A stretch of DNA of 64,000 bases. Origin: Octopus sinensis (taxonomy: Eukaryota). Below are positions 1 through 14,305 of the stretch, piece by piece (position 1 is the stretch's first letter; each line of letters starts with the position of its first letter). Under the pieces are notes generated by a model that saw only the letters and a program-made list of their open reading frames with translations, was not told where the DNA came from and did not search any database. Location: NCBI RefSeq assembly GCF_006345805.1, contig NC_043025.1, positions 11,780,001 to 11,844,000 on the forward strand. The letters are read 5' to 3'. The position numbers and the translations under genes are program-made.

Positions 1-90
1 AGATCAGACTGGAGCCTGGTGCAGCCTCCTGGCTTCCCAGACCCCAGTTGAACCGTCCAACCCATGCTAGCATGGAGAACGGACGTTAAA

Positions 91-258
91 CGATGATGAT
101 GATGATGGTGGTGGTGGTGGTGGTGGTGGTGATGATGAAGATGGTAGTGGTGATGATGATGATGATGATGATGATGGTGATGATGGTGATGATGGTGGTG
201 GTGGTGGTGGTGGTGATGATAATGATGATGATGATGATGGTGATGATGGTGGTGATGA

Positions 259-292
<34 letters not shown>

Positions 293-955
293 GATGATGA
301 TGATGGTGATGATGATGCCGATGATGATATATGTATGCAGCAGGCTTCTTTTAGTTTCCATCTAAGAAATCCACTCACAAGGCTTTGGTCAACCTGAGGC
401 CAGAGTAGAAGATACATACATACATACATACATACACAGATACATACATACATATATACATACATATATACATACATATATATGCACATATATATGTACA
501 TACATACATACACACATACATACATACACACTTACATACACATACATACAAACATACATACATACACACTTACATACATACATACATACATACATATATA
601 CATACATTCATACATACATACATTCATACATACATACATTCATACATACATACATACATAATATATACATACATACATATATACATACATACACACATAC
701 ATACATACATATATACATACATACATATACATACATACATACACACATACATACATACATACATATATACATACATACATACATATATATACATTCATAC
801 ATACATACATACATACATACATACATACACACATACATACATACACTCATACATACAAACATACATACACACATACATATATTCATACATACATACACAC
901 ATACATAGACGTACACACACATACACACACAGATACATACACACATACATTTATA
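91..955. repeat. (GAT/GGT)n and (ATAC)n microsatellites
   Basis: Seen directly. Confidence 0.95.
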
Positions 956-1307
956 AATAAGTTTTAGAGGAAAATGTGTAGGATTTTATGACAGAAAACT
1001 GAAGTTGGTGTCCCGTTTCACCCCCATAAGCACCACCACCCCCTTTACAATGCACACGCACCCTTACCTTTTCCACCAACGCTTTCACACTCTACACATT
1101 CGCCCTTCTCTCTTTGTCTCTCTCTCTCTCTCTCTCAAATTTTTCATTGTCGCCCCACCCCTCTTCCTGACTCTCACTGTCTCATTCTCCCCTCATTCCT
1201 CTCTCTCTCTCTCTCTCTCCGTTTTGCCCTCCCTCTCACCTGGTCCCTTTCCTTCCTTCCTTCTTACTGTTCTCCCTCTTTCTTTCTTTCACTCTCTCTG
1301 TTCACCA

Positions 1308-1341
<34 letters not shown>

Positions 1342-1472
1342 TTCTTTCTCTTTCTCTCTTTTTCTTTCTTTCTGTCTGTCTGTCTGTCTCTCTCTCTCTC
1401 CCTCTCTCTCTCTTTCTCTCTCTCTCTTTCTTTCTCTTTCTCTCTTTTTCTTTCTGTCTGTCTGTCTGTCTC

Positions 1473-1504
<32 letters not shown>

Positions 1505-2027
1505 TCTGTCTGTCTCTCTCATCTTAATTTGTTTCCATCATTTCCAGAGATTATGTAACGAAACCCTAAAACGAACCACAAAAATTCAAATATTTGGAAG
1601 AAAACCCCTTCCCTCATTCCTACCCCTTTCCCTATTCCCACCCCCAAAAACCCACAATATATTTGATTCTCTTTTCCTCTTTCTACCCTCTTGGGACCGA
1701 TGTTTACAACATGATGTGTTTCGATGGCGGTGTTATCGGGGTGGGGTGGGGTGTGGAGGAGAGGCAGTTGTTTTGGAAGAAAAAAACGGGGGTGGATTGA
1801 TAAAAAAAATAAGGGTGGCAGAACCACAAGAGCATGAGACAAAAATGCCATGAGATATTTCTTCAAGCTCTTTGCATTCAGAGTTCAATCCCCAGCGACG
1901 TCGACTTTGCTTTTCGTCCCTCTGGGACCAACAAATGATATATATGTGCGGCAGGAGGGGGGGTGACACATTGTTAGTGAATGCCCAAAATTGGTACAAT
2001 CATCATCATCATCATCATCATCATAAT

Positions 2028-2590
2028 CTGTTTCTTTACTACCCACAAGGGGCTAAACACAGAGGGGACAAACAAGGACAGACAAATGGATCAAGTGCGT
2101 AACTGGTACTTAATTTATCGACCCCGAAAGGATGAAAGGCAAAGTCGACCTCAGCGGAATTTCAACGTAACGGCAGACGAAATACCTATTTCTTTATTAC
2201 CCACAAGGGGTTAAACATAGAGGGGACAAACAAGGACGGACAAACGGATCAAGTCGATTACATTGACCCCAGTGCGTAACTGGTACTTAATTTATCGACC
2301 CCGAAAGGATGAAAGGCAAAGTTGACCTTGGCGGAATTTCAACTCAGAACGTAACGGCAGACGAAATACCTATTTCTTTACTACCCACAAGGGGCTAAAC
2401 ACAGAGGGGACAAACAAGGACGGACAAACGGATCAAGTCGATTACATTGACTCCAGTGCATAACTGGTACTTAATTTATCGACCCCGAAAGGATGAAAGG
2501 CAAAGTCGACCTCGGCGGAATTTGAACTCAGAATGCAACAGCAGACAAAATACGGCTACGCATTTCGCCCGGGGTGCTAACGGTTCTGCC
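2028..2590 (-). mobile_element. tRNA-derived SINE (family 3), tandem trimer
   Basis: Units at ~2030, 2187 and 2371, joined by GAAATACC|TATTTCTTTA; tRNA-like head at 2545-2590. Confidence 0.85.
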
Positions 2591-4831
2591 ATCATAATCA
2601 TTTAACGTCCGCTTTCCATGCTAGCATGGGTTGGACAAATGACTGAGGGCTGGCGAACCAGATGGCTGCTCCAGGCTCCAATCTTGATCTGGCAGTGCTT
2701 CTACAGCTGGATGCCCTTCCTAATGCCAACCACTCCAAGAGTGCAGTGGATGCTTTTTACGTGCCAACGGCATGGGGGTCAGTCAGGCAGTACTGGCAAT
2801 GACCTCACTCGAATCTTTTTACACATGCCACCAGCACAGGTGCCAGTAAGGCAACGTTGGTAACGATCATGCTCGAATGGTGCCCTTTTACGTGCCACCA
2901 GCACGGAAGCCGGTTGGCTGCTCTGGCAACGATCACGCTCAGATGGTGCTCTTGGCACCCTGCTAGCACGGGCACAAGTGCCAGTAAAGCGACGCTGGCA
3001 ACGATCACGCTCGAATAGTGCCCTTTAAATGTCACTGGCACGGAAGCCGGTTAGCCACTCTGTCAATGATCACCTCGTATGATGCTCTCTTGGTGCTCTT
3101 TGCACCCTGCTAGCACGGATGCCAGTCGTCGAATTTGATTTCTTTTTTGGAGGGTTGATACAATGAAAATGCCAATTGAACACTGGAAATGATGTAACCA
3201 GCTGTCTTCCGCTCATAAAATTGCTAGCCTCAGACCAAAATTTGAAACGATTATTATTATTATTATTATAATTACTGTTGCTGTTGAGCGTACGGTCTTT
3301 GTCCCAGAGCTCGCAAGATTGGAGAAGTCCGAAACGTGGTCCTTTGCTATTCGTAAGACCCGCAGAAGAGGAAGCAGGTCAATCGACGGATGGATGAATG
3401 CGCATCCAGGCTCAGCGGTTGCGTAGGAAGTCGGGGACAAGAAACAGGAAGACAGAGTGAGAGAAGTGGTCCTTTGCTATTTGTAAGACCCGCAGAAGAG
3501 AAAGCAGGTCAACCCCCGACACCGAGAGCATCGACGGATTGATGAATGCGCATCCAGGCTCAGCGGTTGCGTAGGAAGTCGGGGACAAGAAACAGGAAGA
3601 AAAAGTGAGAGACAGTTGGGGCGAAAGAGTATGGAAGCACTCCGTCGGTTACGACAACGAGGGTTCCGGTTGATCCGAATCAACGGAACAGCCTGCTCGT
3701 GAAATTAACGTGTAAGTGGCTGAGCACTCCACAGACACGTGTACCCTTAACGTAGTTCTCGGGGATATTCAGCGTGACACAGAGAGTGACAAGGCCGGCC
3801 CCTTGAAATACAGGTACAACAGAAACAGGAAGTAAGAGTGAGAGAGAGTTGTGGTGAAAGAGTACAGCAGGGATCACCACCATCCCCTGCCGGAGCCTCG
3901 TGGAGCTTTAGGTGTTTTCGCTCAATAAACACACACAACGCCCGGTCTGGGAATCGAAACTGTGATCCACCAACCGGGAGTCTGCTGCCCTAACCATTGG
4001 GCCATTGTTGTTTGTGGTGTGTGAGAAATTGGCTGAACAAAAATCTAAACAGATAAAAACAAGAGAAGGAAATGTAAAAACACAAATTAGTCCAGAAATG
4101 ACTGAAGAGATAAATAAAATAGACAAATAAAAATATATAAGTAAATAAAAGAAATGAAAGAAAGGAGGAAAGAAAAGAAGGAAGAAGAAATGAAAAGAAA
4201 GAAAGGGAAAAAGAAGGAAAGAAAAGAGAGAGAGAGAGAGAGAGAAAGAGAGCATGGGTATGAAGGAAGAGCAATCCCAAGAAAATCTCATGTTGTCAGT
4301 GGATGAGGTCATGGTTGGGAAGTCAACCATTAAATTGTTTGACACACACACACACACATACAAATAAACATACACACATACAGACTCCTACTGCCACTCC
4401 TCTCTCTCTCTCTCTGCCTCTCCTTTTCCTTCCACCTCTCTCTCTCTTTCTTCCTCTCCTTTTTCCTCCACCTCTCTCTCTCCCTCTTTCCTCCTCTCCT
4501 TTACCCTCCACCTCTCTCTCTCTTTCCTCCTCTCCTTTTCTGTCCACCTCTCTCTCTCTCCTTTACCCTCCACCCCTCTCTATCTCTCTCTCTTTTCTCC
4601 TCTCCTTTTCCCTCCACCTCTCTCTCTCCTTTTCCCTCCACTTCTCTTTCTCTCTCTCTCTCCTCTCTCTCCTTTTCCCTCCACCTCTCTCTCTCTTTTC
4701 CCCCTCTCTCTCTCCTTTTCCCTCCACCTCTCTCTCTCTTTTCCCCTCTCTCTCTCCTTTTCCCTCTACTTCTCTCACATACACATACACATACAAATAC
4801 ACACACACACACATACAGACTCCTACTGCCA

Positions 4832-4871
<40 letters not shown>

Positions 4872-6717
4872 TCTTTTTCCCCCACCCCTCAGCTCTCTCT
4901 CTCCCTCTTCTCTCTCTCTCTCTCTCTCGCTTACCCTCTTGAAAAAATCCACTTCAGAATATTTGGCTTCATGTGGTGATGTTGTTGTTGCTTTTGTTGT
5001 TGTTTTTGTTGTTGTTTTTGTTGTTTTTTAGTTGTTGTTGCTGTTGTTATTGTTGTTGTCCCTGGTAATTTATTGAAACACATTTATTTACTTATTTATT
5101 TATTTATTACTATTTTTAATAAGATCGGAAATTCCAGAAAAAACTTGATATCACAAAACGAAACTGATATTCCTTGTATATTCTTTTTATTCTTTCAATC
5201 GTTACACTGCGACCGAGCTGGAGCAACGCCTTAAAGGGATTCAAGCTGTACGAATTGACCCCAGGATTTATTCACTTATATTTTTAAAGCCTGCTACTTT
5301 ATAGATTCCTCTTTGCCGAACCGCTAAGTTACAGGGACATAAACACACCGACATGGTTGTCAAGCGATGGTGATGGTGGTGGTGGTGGTGGTGGGGGGGA
5401 CAAACACCTACACTCACACATCATCATTATCATCATCATCGTTTAACGTCCGTTTTCCATGCTAGCATGGGTTGGACGGTTCGACCGGGGCCTGGGGAGC
5501 CAGGAGGCTGCGCCACGCTCCAGTCTTGATCTGGCAGAGTTTCTACAGCTGGATGCCCTTCCTAATACCAACCACTCCGTGAGTGTAGTGGGTGCTTTTT
5601 ACATGCCAGTGGCGCGTAAAAAGCACCCACTACAATCACCGGTACTGAAATGTTTTTTATTAAATTATTTTAGCATTTTCTACCTTGACTGTTTTCCATA
5701 TATATATATATATATATATATTACCCGGAGTAAACACATAAATGTGAAACAAGGTGGAAAAAAGTACTCAAATACCAGAGGTAGAGTAATATGCTTTATT
5801 TAAGCAGCAGAAAATTCAACAAAACCTGTTACTCTGAGTAGCAGGTTTTGTTGAATTTTCTGCTGCTTTAAATAAAGTATATATATGTATATATATATAT
5901 TATATATATATATCACCGTGATCACCATGACCAGCCAGGCTATCAGATGTTGCTACACATTGCTGGTTACAATGTGCTTCGCATTGTATTTTAGCCTTCA
6001 AATGACACCACCCCGGTGGCTAAGCGAGCAGGCCAACAGAAGGAAGAGTGAGAGAAAGTTGTGGCGAAAGAGTACAGCAGGGATCGCCACCATCCCCTGC
6101 CGGAGCCTTGTGGAGCTTTAGGTGTCTTCGCTCAATAAATACTCACAACGCCTGGTCTGGGAATCGAAACCGCGATCCTACAACCACGAGTCCGCTGCCC
6201 TAACCACTGGGCCATTGCACCTCCACACACACATATATATATATATAATATATATATATATCATCAGCATCATCATCATCATCGTTTAACGTCCGTTTTC
6301 CGCGCTAGCATGGGTTGGACGGTTCGACCGGGGTCTGGGAAGCCAGGAGTCTGCACCAGACTCCAACCTTGATCTGGCAGTGTTTCTACAGCCGGATGCC
6401 CTTCCTAACGCCAACCACTCCACGAGTGTAGTGGGTGCTTTTTACGTGCCACTGGAACAGGTGCCAGGGGAGTCTGGCAGCGGCAACAATCGGTTGGTGC
6501 TTTTTACGTGCCACCGGCACAGAGGCCAGGCGAGGCTGGCAACGGCCACGATCGGATGGTGTTTGTTACGTGCCACCGGCCACCTTCGGATATATATATA
6601 TATATATATAATACAAAATAAGAAAATGGAGAAATACATCTAAATCAATTATCAACTACCAGATAATACCCAATCACATAATTTATTAAACCACTACATA
6701 TGAACATTATGGTTTAA

Positions 6718-6939
6718 CCCTTTAGCATTTAAACCGGCCATATCCAGCCAAAAGTATTCTGCCTGTTTTATGTTCAAACTGGCCAGATCTGGTCTCTCAC
6801 ACCAACCCTACACTATCGTTTTAAAAATTAACAGCTACCTCATCAAAATCTCAATAGCTACAAGATAATGCATGATTAGTTCAAAACAATGTGGATAAAA
6901 AAGCTTTCATTTTAGCAGAATAGTGGGAACACTAAAGGG
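6718..6939 (+). mobile_element. piggyBac-type MITE (222 bp)
   Basis: TTAA|CCCTTTAG ... CTAAAGGG|TTAA; sister copy in the opposite orientation at 55011-55234. Confidence 0.88.
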
Positions 6940-8250
6940 TTAATAAATTATGTGATTGGGTATTATCTGGTAGTTGATCATTGATTAAGGTGTATTTCTC
7001 CATTTTCTTATTTTGTATTATTAATTTGTGGTAAAACACTTTACCTTTGCCCATATAATACAATAAATGAATTAACTGCATCACAATTCTTAACATTTAT
7101 GTATTAACTTTGTTGGATGCTTTACTAGCAGTATATTGGATATATGTTATCCCATGGAGGGTTGCACTTACAACCCCTATCTCAATTTGTATATATATAT
7201 ATATATATATATATTGATAAAAACGGCTTTTAACGGGTGGAGAGCTGAACCATCCTGGGGTACAGAGGATTCGCAATCTAGACTAGGGCCTGAAAGTTTA
7301 CCACACTATAGCGGATTACACCATGGTTCCCCTGCTTTGGGGAAGAAGTAGGGAGAAAGAATGAGAGAAAGTTGTGCTGAAAGAGTACAGCGGGGTTCAG
7401 CACCCTCCCTAACTGGAGCCTCGTGGAGCTTAGGGGTTTTTTGCTCAATAAACACTCACAGTGCCCGGTCTGGGAATCGCTTGTTGTTGTTGCTGTTGTT
7501 GTTGTGGTGGTCCTACAAACCATCCCTGTTCTTTCACCAGCACTACAACCCTGGCAACAACTTATCAGGACAATATAATATTAATTAGAAATTGACTTAA
7601 TGATGAGCAATTAGGGAAAGTTAATTGCCCAAAAGTTTGCATTACGGTCTTTTAAAAATATACACCATTCAACGATGTTGCTGTTGTGATGATGGTGGTG
7701 GTGGTGACAGCATTAAGTGCTGAAGGTGGCGGCGGTGGCAATGGTGGTGGTGGTGGTGGTGGCGGTGGTGGTGGGAGTGGTGGTGGTGGTGGTAATGGTG
7801 GTGGAAATGGTGGTGGTAGTGGCAATGGTGGTGGTTGGTGGCGGTGGCAGTGGTGGGCATGGCGGTGGCGGTGGTGGCAATGGTGGTGGTGGTGGTGTTT
7901 GCAATGGTGGTGGTGGCAGAGGTGGTGATGGCAGTGGTGGTGGTGGTGGTGGCAATGGTGGTGGTTGGTGTGCGATGGCAATAGGTTTGGCATGATGTAT
8001 TGTTGTTGCTAGTGTAGTAATAGTGGTGATAATCAGGTCAAGGTCAGGTGCAGAGCCCAGTGACATTGCTGCACACCTCTGCATTTCATCATTTGTCTAT
8101 GTCCGTGTGGTAAGGAACTTGTTTCCAAACCGCATGGTCCCGCGTCCAGTGCCGCTGTGTCTTCTACTATAGCACGTGTCTTCCTCTAAAGCCTCAGACC
8201 GATCAAAGCCTTGTGAGGGAATTTGGTAGATGAACTGAAAGAAACCCCGT

Positions 8251-8302
<52 letters not shown>

Positions 8303-8304
<2 letters not shown>

Positions 8305-10200
8305 GCAGTTTGGGTTTGTGCCAGGGAAAAGTACTACTCCTGGTAAGGCAGCTGCAGGAGAAATACCTAGCCAAAGATAAGCCCCTGTACCTGGCTTTTG
8401 TTGACATGGAGAAAGCCTTCGACAGGGTCCCCCGATCCCTTATCTGGTGGCAATGAGGAACTAGGGATAGATGAATGGTTAGTGAGAGCTGTGGCGGGCC
8501 ATGTATAGGGACGCTGCTAGTAGGGTGAGGGTTGGAAACGAGTACAGTGAAGAATTCCGGGTAGAGGTAGGGGTCCACCAAGGCTCAGTACTCAACCCCT
8601 CCTATTTATCATAGTCCTCCAGGCAATAACGGAGGAATTCAAGACAGGATGCCCCTGGGAGCTCCTCTATGCTGATGACCTTGCTCTAATTGCTGAGTCA
8701 CTATCAGAACTGGAGGAGAAGTTTCAGGTGTGGAAACAAGGATTAGAATCGAAGGGCCTCAGAGTCAACCTAGCTAAAACCAAAGTCCTAATAAGTAGGA
8801 AGGTAGACAAATCACAAACGCCTTCAGGTAGATGGCCCTGCTCGATCTGTAGAAAGGTGTAGGTAGAACTCTATAAGATGCACCAAGTTAAGCTATGGAC
8901 ACATAAGAGGTGCAGCAATGTCAAGGAAGGCTAACTAGGAAGATGGTTTTTGTATGTGGCAGATGCTCAGGAACAATAAACACTGAAAATGCTCTGAGAC
9001 CACCTTCCGTCACTTTCCAGGGAGAAAAACTAGAAATAGTTGATAGTTTCCGTTTACCTAGGTGACCAAGTCAGCAGCGGGGGCGGGTGTGCTGAAAGTG
9101 TAACTGCTAGAGTAGGAATAGCTTGGTAAAGTTCAGAGAGCTCTTACCTCTGCTGTGACAAAAGGCCTCTCGCACAGAGTGAAAGGCAGACTGTAATGAT
9201 GCGTGTGTACGAACAGCCATCTACATGGCAGTGAAACATGGGCCGTGACTGCTGAGGATTGCGTAAGCTCGCAAGAATGAAGCCAGTATGCTCCGATGGA
9301 TGTGAATGTCATTGTTCATAATCGACAGAGTGTAAGTACCTTGAGAGAAAAGCTGGACCTAAGAAGCATCAGTTGTGGTGTGCAAGAGAGACATTGCGTT
9401 GTATGGTCATGTGGCGAGAATGGATGAAGATAGTGTGTGAAAAAGTGCCACACCCACCCGTTTTGAGGGAACCTGTGGAAAGAGCAGACCCAGGAAAACC
9501 TGGGACGAGTTTGGTGAAGCACGACCGTCGAACTTTAGGTCTCACTGAGGAAATGACTAGAGACCGAGTCCTCTGGAAGTGTGCTGTGCCAGAAGAACCC
9601 GCAGGACAAGTGAGTCCATAACCCGTGGCCTTCTACTTGGGATGGAGCCAGCCTACGTATGCATACCTTCCCTTCTTGGGACACAAAACTCTACTTGTGA
9701 AGACCTGTTGAGGCAAGTGAGGATCAGAATCGAAATCGATCAATGGAAATTGCAGATGTGTTTACCAGTCCGGTGGCATGTCGAACTCTACTTGTGAAGA
9801 CCCTTTGAGGCAAGTGAGATCAGAATGGAAATCGATCAATGGAAATTGCAGATGTTTACCAGTGCCGGTGGCATGTAAGAGACCTTCTTCGTTTCGCGAC
9901 CGTTCCAGCACCGCCCCCTTTTCGTGTCCGTTGCCAGCCTCGCCTGGCCTTGTGCCGTGGCACATAAAAGCACCATCCGTTCGTGGCCGTTTGCCAGCTC
10001 TGTTTGGCACCTGTGCGGGTGGCATTTAAAAAGCACCCATATACTCACGGATGGTGGCGTTAGGAGGGCATCCAGCCGTAGAAACACTTGCCAGATTTGA
10101 CTGGCCTGATGAAGCCTTCTGGCTTCACAGACCCCAGTAGAACCGTCCAACCCATGCTAGCATGGAAAACGGACGCTAAACGACGATGATGATGATGATG
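8303..10200 (+). mobile_element. 5'-truncated, frameshifted RTE-clade LINE with 3' UTR and (GAT)n tail
   Basis: MQFGFVPG, LVRQLQEKYLAKDKPLYLAFVDMEKAFDRVPR, YADD (ctctatgctgatgac) and YLGDQV motifs across frameshifts; ends CCAACCCATGCTAGCATGGAAAACGGACG followed by (GAT)n. Confidence 0.9.
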
Positions 10201-10369
10201 AAGGCATAGGAGTGGCTGTGTGGTAAGTAGCTTGCTAATCAACCACATGGTTCTGGGTTCAGTCCCACTGCATGGCACCTTGGGCAAGAGTCTTCTACTA
10301 TAGCCTCGGGCCAACCAAAGCTAAACTAAACTAAACTCACTAGTTCGTTAATTAAAAAAAATTTTTTTT

Positions 10370-11643
10370 TTAAAGTTAAATTAAAATACATGGGTAGTAA
10401 TAGTTCTCACATCGACAATGTCTTCTCATACGTGTGATGTACCAGTTAAGACAATCTGTTGCACTTCTTGCAGGGATGGTAAGCCAGGGATCATTCTCAT
10501 ATAATTTTCGGTTCCATTCTTGATCATTCCTAGTGCTCCTACGATCACTGGTATGGTAACCGCCTTGAGATGCCACATTTTCTCAATTTCATGAGCAGGT
10601 CTTATATATTTCTGAGCTTGTCAAACTCTTTCGCTGAGATATTATGATCACAGGGGATGCTCATGTCGATCATAAGCAAACTTTATTGTTTTGGTCTTTC
10701 ACAACAATATCTGGTTTATTGGCCTTGATGGTTCGGTCTGTATGTACTGGAAAGTCCCACAGAATCGTTACATTTTCTCCTTCAGTTACAGCCTCAGGGT
10801 GGTGATTATACCACTTGTCGGCAGTTTTGATATGTAATGCCGACTTATTAGCAGTGTAGATATTGGCCAACTCTGTCATGTCTTAATTTATACTCCACTG
10901 GTGCTAAGACTTTACATCCAGAGATTAGGTGGTCCACTGTTTAAATCATGTCGTTGCAGAATCAGCATTTTGGGTCTGCTCCATTTTTCATCACATTGGC
11001 CTGGTAGTTCCGGGTTAATAGGCTTTGATCTTGAGCAGCCAGGATGAAACCTTCGCTCTCTGCTTTAGTTCTGATGGGTTCGCTTCTGGTCAACATCAGC
11101 TTGTTGCTGCGGGCCACATATTTGCCGTGCAGAGGTTTCTCCTACCACCCATCAGCCAATTGCTCGTGCACTTTTTTCGTTGCCATTATTTTTACTTCTT
11201 TGCAACAATAGTTGCCATACTTCTTCGGGTTGTCAGTTTGGGTATCTGCACGAGATCAATAGCAAAATTTTTTGCTTTCCGTTATGATAGAATGAAGCTT
11301 CTTTCGTCTATTCGTGATTTTCCACAAGTTTAGCATCCAGTCATTCGTTATTTCGAGATATTTGGCCAGTCCAATTGTGGTTGTTTTGTAAGCTAGTTCA
11401 AATTGGATCAGGCCTCGACCTCCTTGGGCTCTGGGAAGGTAAAGGTGATCTACGTATGCCTTGGGGTGGTGCATCCTATTACAACATCAGCAGCTTGCGT
11501 ATTTTTCTATCTATATCTTTACTTCACTCATTTCCAGTTCAACACATTGTAGCTATAAGTAACAACTGGAACTGCTAAGGAATTTATAGCTAACACCTTG
11601 TTACGTGCATTAGTTCAGATTCAGGACTGCCATGAACTCTCCT
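10370..11643 (-). mobile_element. R4/Dong-clade non-LTR retrotransposon 3' portion (CCHC knuckle plus restriction-like endonuclease), degenerate
   Basis: Minus-strand peptides LNARNKVLAINSLAVPVVTYS, LYLPRAQGGRGL, a CxxC..H....C knuckle with stops, and ILWDFPVHTDRTIKANKPDIVVKD. The 5'-truncated end abuts the (ATT)n tract. Confidence 0.85.
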
Positions 11644-11670
11644 ATTATTATTATTTTTATTATTGTTATT

Positions 11671-11724
<54 letters not shown>

Positions 11725-11730
11725 GTTATT

Positions 11731-11783
<53 letters not shown>

Positions 11784-11805
11784 GTTGTTATTATTGTTAT
11801 TATTA

Positions 11806-11855
<50 letters not shown>

Positions 11856-11886
11856 GTTATTATTATCATTATCATTATTATTATTA

Positions 11887-11920
<34 letters not shown>

Positions 11921-11926
11921 GTTATT

Positions 11927-11961
<35 letters not shown>

Positions 11962-12181
11962 TATATTATATTATTATTGTTATTATCATTATCATTATCA
12001 TTATTATTATTTATTATTATTATTATTATTATTATATTGTTATTATTATCATTATCATTATTATCTATTAGTTATTATTATTATATTATTATTATTATTT
12101 GTTGTTATTATTGTTATTATTATTCATTATCATTATTATATTATTATATATTATTATTATTATTATTATATTATTGTTATT

Positions 12182-12235
<54 letters not shown>

Positions 12236-12258
12236 GTTATTATTATTATTATGTTATT

Positions 12259-12293
<35 letters not shown>

Positions 12294-12331
12294 CTTATTA
12301 TTGTTATTATTATATCATTATCATATTATTA

Positions 12332-12362
<31 letters not shown>

Positions 12363-12602
12363 GTTATTATTATCATATCATTATTATTATATTATTCTTA
12401 TTATTATATTATTATTATTATTATTATATTATTATTATATATTGTTATTATTATCATTATCATTATTAGATTATTATTATTATTATTATTATTGTTATTA
12501 TTATCATTATCATATTATTATTATTATTATTATTATATATTATTGTTATTATTATCATTATCATTATTATATGATTATATTATATTATTATTATTATTAT
12601 TG

Positions 12603-12656
<54 letters not shown>

Positions 12657-12800
12657 TATTATTATTGTTATTCTTATTATTATATCATTATTATTTATTA
12701 TTATTATTATTATTATTAGTATATATTATTATTATCATTATCATTATGATATTTATTATTATTATTATATATATTATTGTTATTATTATCATTATCATTA

Positions 12801-12831
<31 letters not shown>

Positions 12832-12844
12832 GTTATTATTATTT

Positions 12845-12879
<35 letters not shown>

Positions 12880-12999
12880 TATATATTATTATTATTGTTA
12901 TTATTATCATTATCATATTATTATTATTATTATGTTATTATTATCATTATCATTATTATTATTATTCTTATTATTATTATTATTATTATTATTGTTATT

Positions 13000-13047
<48 letters not shown>

Positions 13048-13107
13048 GTTATTATTATCATTATCATATATGTATATTATTATTATTATATATATTGTTA
13101 TTATATT

Positions 13108-13152
<45 letters not shown>

Positions 13153-13185
13153 TTATTATTATTGTCTTCTTCTTATTATTATTAA
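11644..13185. repeat. ~1.5-kb (ATT)n microsatellite
   Basis: Seen directly; source of the long poly-I/L/Y ORFs. Confidence 0.98.
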
Positions 13186-13528
13186 GGCTGAAAGCTGGCA
13201 GAATCATTAGCACACAGGGCAAAAAAGGGTAGTGAGGTTTCCTCTCTCTTTACATTCTGAGTTCAAATCCTGCTGAGGCTGGTTTTGTCTTTCATCCTCC
13301 AAAAAAATTGATAAAATAATATACCAGTCGACTACTGGTGGGGGAGGGGGGTCCGTATAAAACAAATGCATGACTAACTCCCTCGTTCCCCCACCCCTCA
13401 AAATTTCTGGCTTTCTTTTTACATATTACAAATTATTATTGTTGTTGTTGTCGCTGTTGTTAGGTCGTTACATTCCGAGGTGGTGTTGAGACAGAAGAGG
13501 AGATGGAGGAGGAGGAAGAGGAAAAGAC

Positions 13529-13923
13529 AGGCGCAGGAGTGGCTGTGTGGTAAGTAGCTTGCTAACCAACCACATGGTTCCAGGTTCAGTCCCACTGCGT
13601 GGCACCTTGGGCAAGTGTCTTCTGCTATAGCCCTGGGCTGACCAATGCCTTGTGAGTGGATTTGGTAGACGGAAACTGAAAGAAGCCCGTCGTATATATA
13701 TATATATATGCGTGTGTGTGTCTGAGTGTCTGTTTTTGTCCCCCTAGCATTGTTTGACAACCGATGCTGGTGTGTTTACGTCCCCGTAACTTAGCGGTTC
13801 AGCAAAAGAGACCGATAGAATAAGTACTGGGCTTACAAAGAATAAGTCCTGGGGTCGATTTGCTTGACTAAAGGCCGTGCTCCAGCATGGCCGCAGTCAA
13901 ATGACTGAAACAAGTAAAAGAGT
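13529..13923 (+). mobile_element. tRNA-derived SINE family 1, full length (representative)
   Basis: GGCGCAGGAGTGGCTGTGTGGTAAG head, B-box-like GGTTCAGTCCC, central (TA)n(TG)n, AAGTAAAAGAGTA tail. Similar copies at ~14546, 14729, 15200, 16318(-), 20561, 30027, 32903(-), 43981, 44167, 51064-51978(-), 52331, 52746, 55329(-) and 57855(-). Confidence 0.88.
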
Positions 13924-14030
13924 ATTATTGTTGTTGTTGTCGCTGTTGTTAGGTCATTACATTCTGAGGTGGTGTTGAACCAGAAGCGGAGGAGGAGGAG
14001 GAGGAAGAGGAAAAAGCAGACAGACAGATT

Positions 14031-14064
<34 letters not shown>

Positions 14065-14180
14065 TAACCATCATGAGGAAGACAGGTAAATAACCTTCTT
14101 TGAAATAGAATATATTAATTGTCGTTTATCATTTCCGAAAGAGGATTGTCTGTTTTACAGAGGCGAACAGGTGTATATGG

Positions 14181-14224
<44 letters not shown>

Positions 14225-14273
14225 GGTGTGTGTCTGTGTGTCTGTGTCTGTGTGTGTCTCTGTGTTTGAGCGT

Positions 14274-14305
<32 letters not shown>

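Noticed and set aside
8035-8046. AGGTCAAGGTCA nuclear-receptor direct repeat
   Set aside because: A single short motif with no supporting context.
8303-9620. Frameshifts in the RTE copies as programmed recoding
   Set aside because: Scattered 1-bp indels fit decay or long-read consensus errors.
10106-10130. CTGATGA followed by a stem as a hammerhead
   Set aside because: No GAAA after the stem, and other copies read CTGGTGCAG, so it is a chance mutation.
11598-13232. Long ORFs up to 517 aa (poly-I/L/Y)
   Set aside because: Translations of (ATT)n. The same applies to the poly-M/V, YI, CV, HT and SL ORFs throughout the window.
14073-14172. ATG, 75-nt GT-AG intron and 10-nt micro-exon
   Set aside because: Splice-like signals only, with no recognisable protein or flanking exons; expected by chance.
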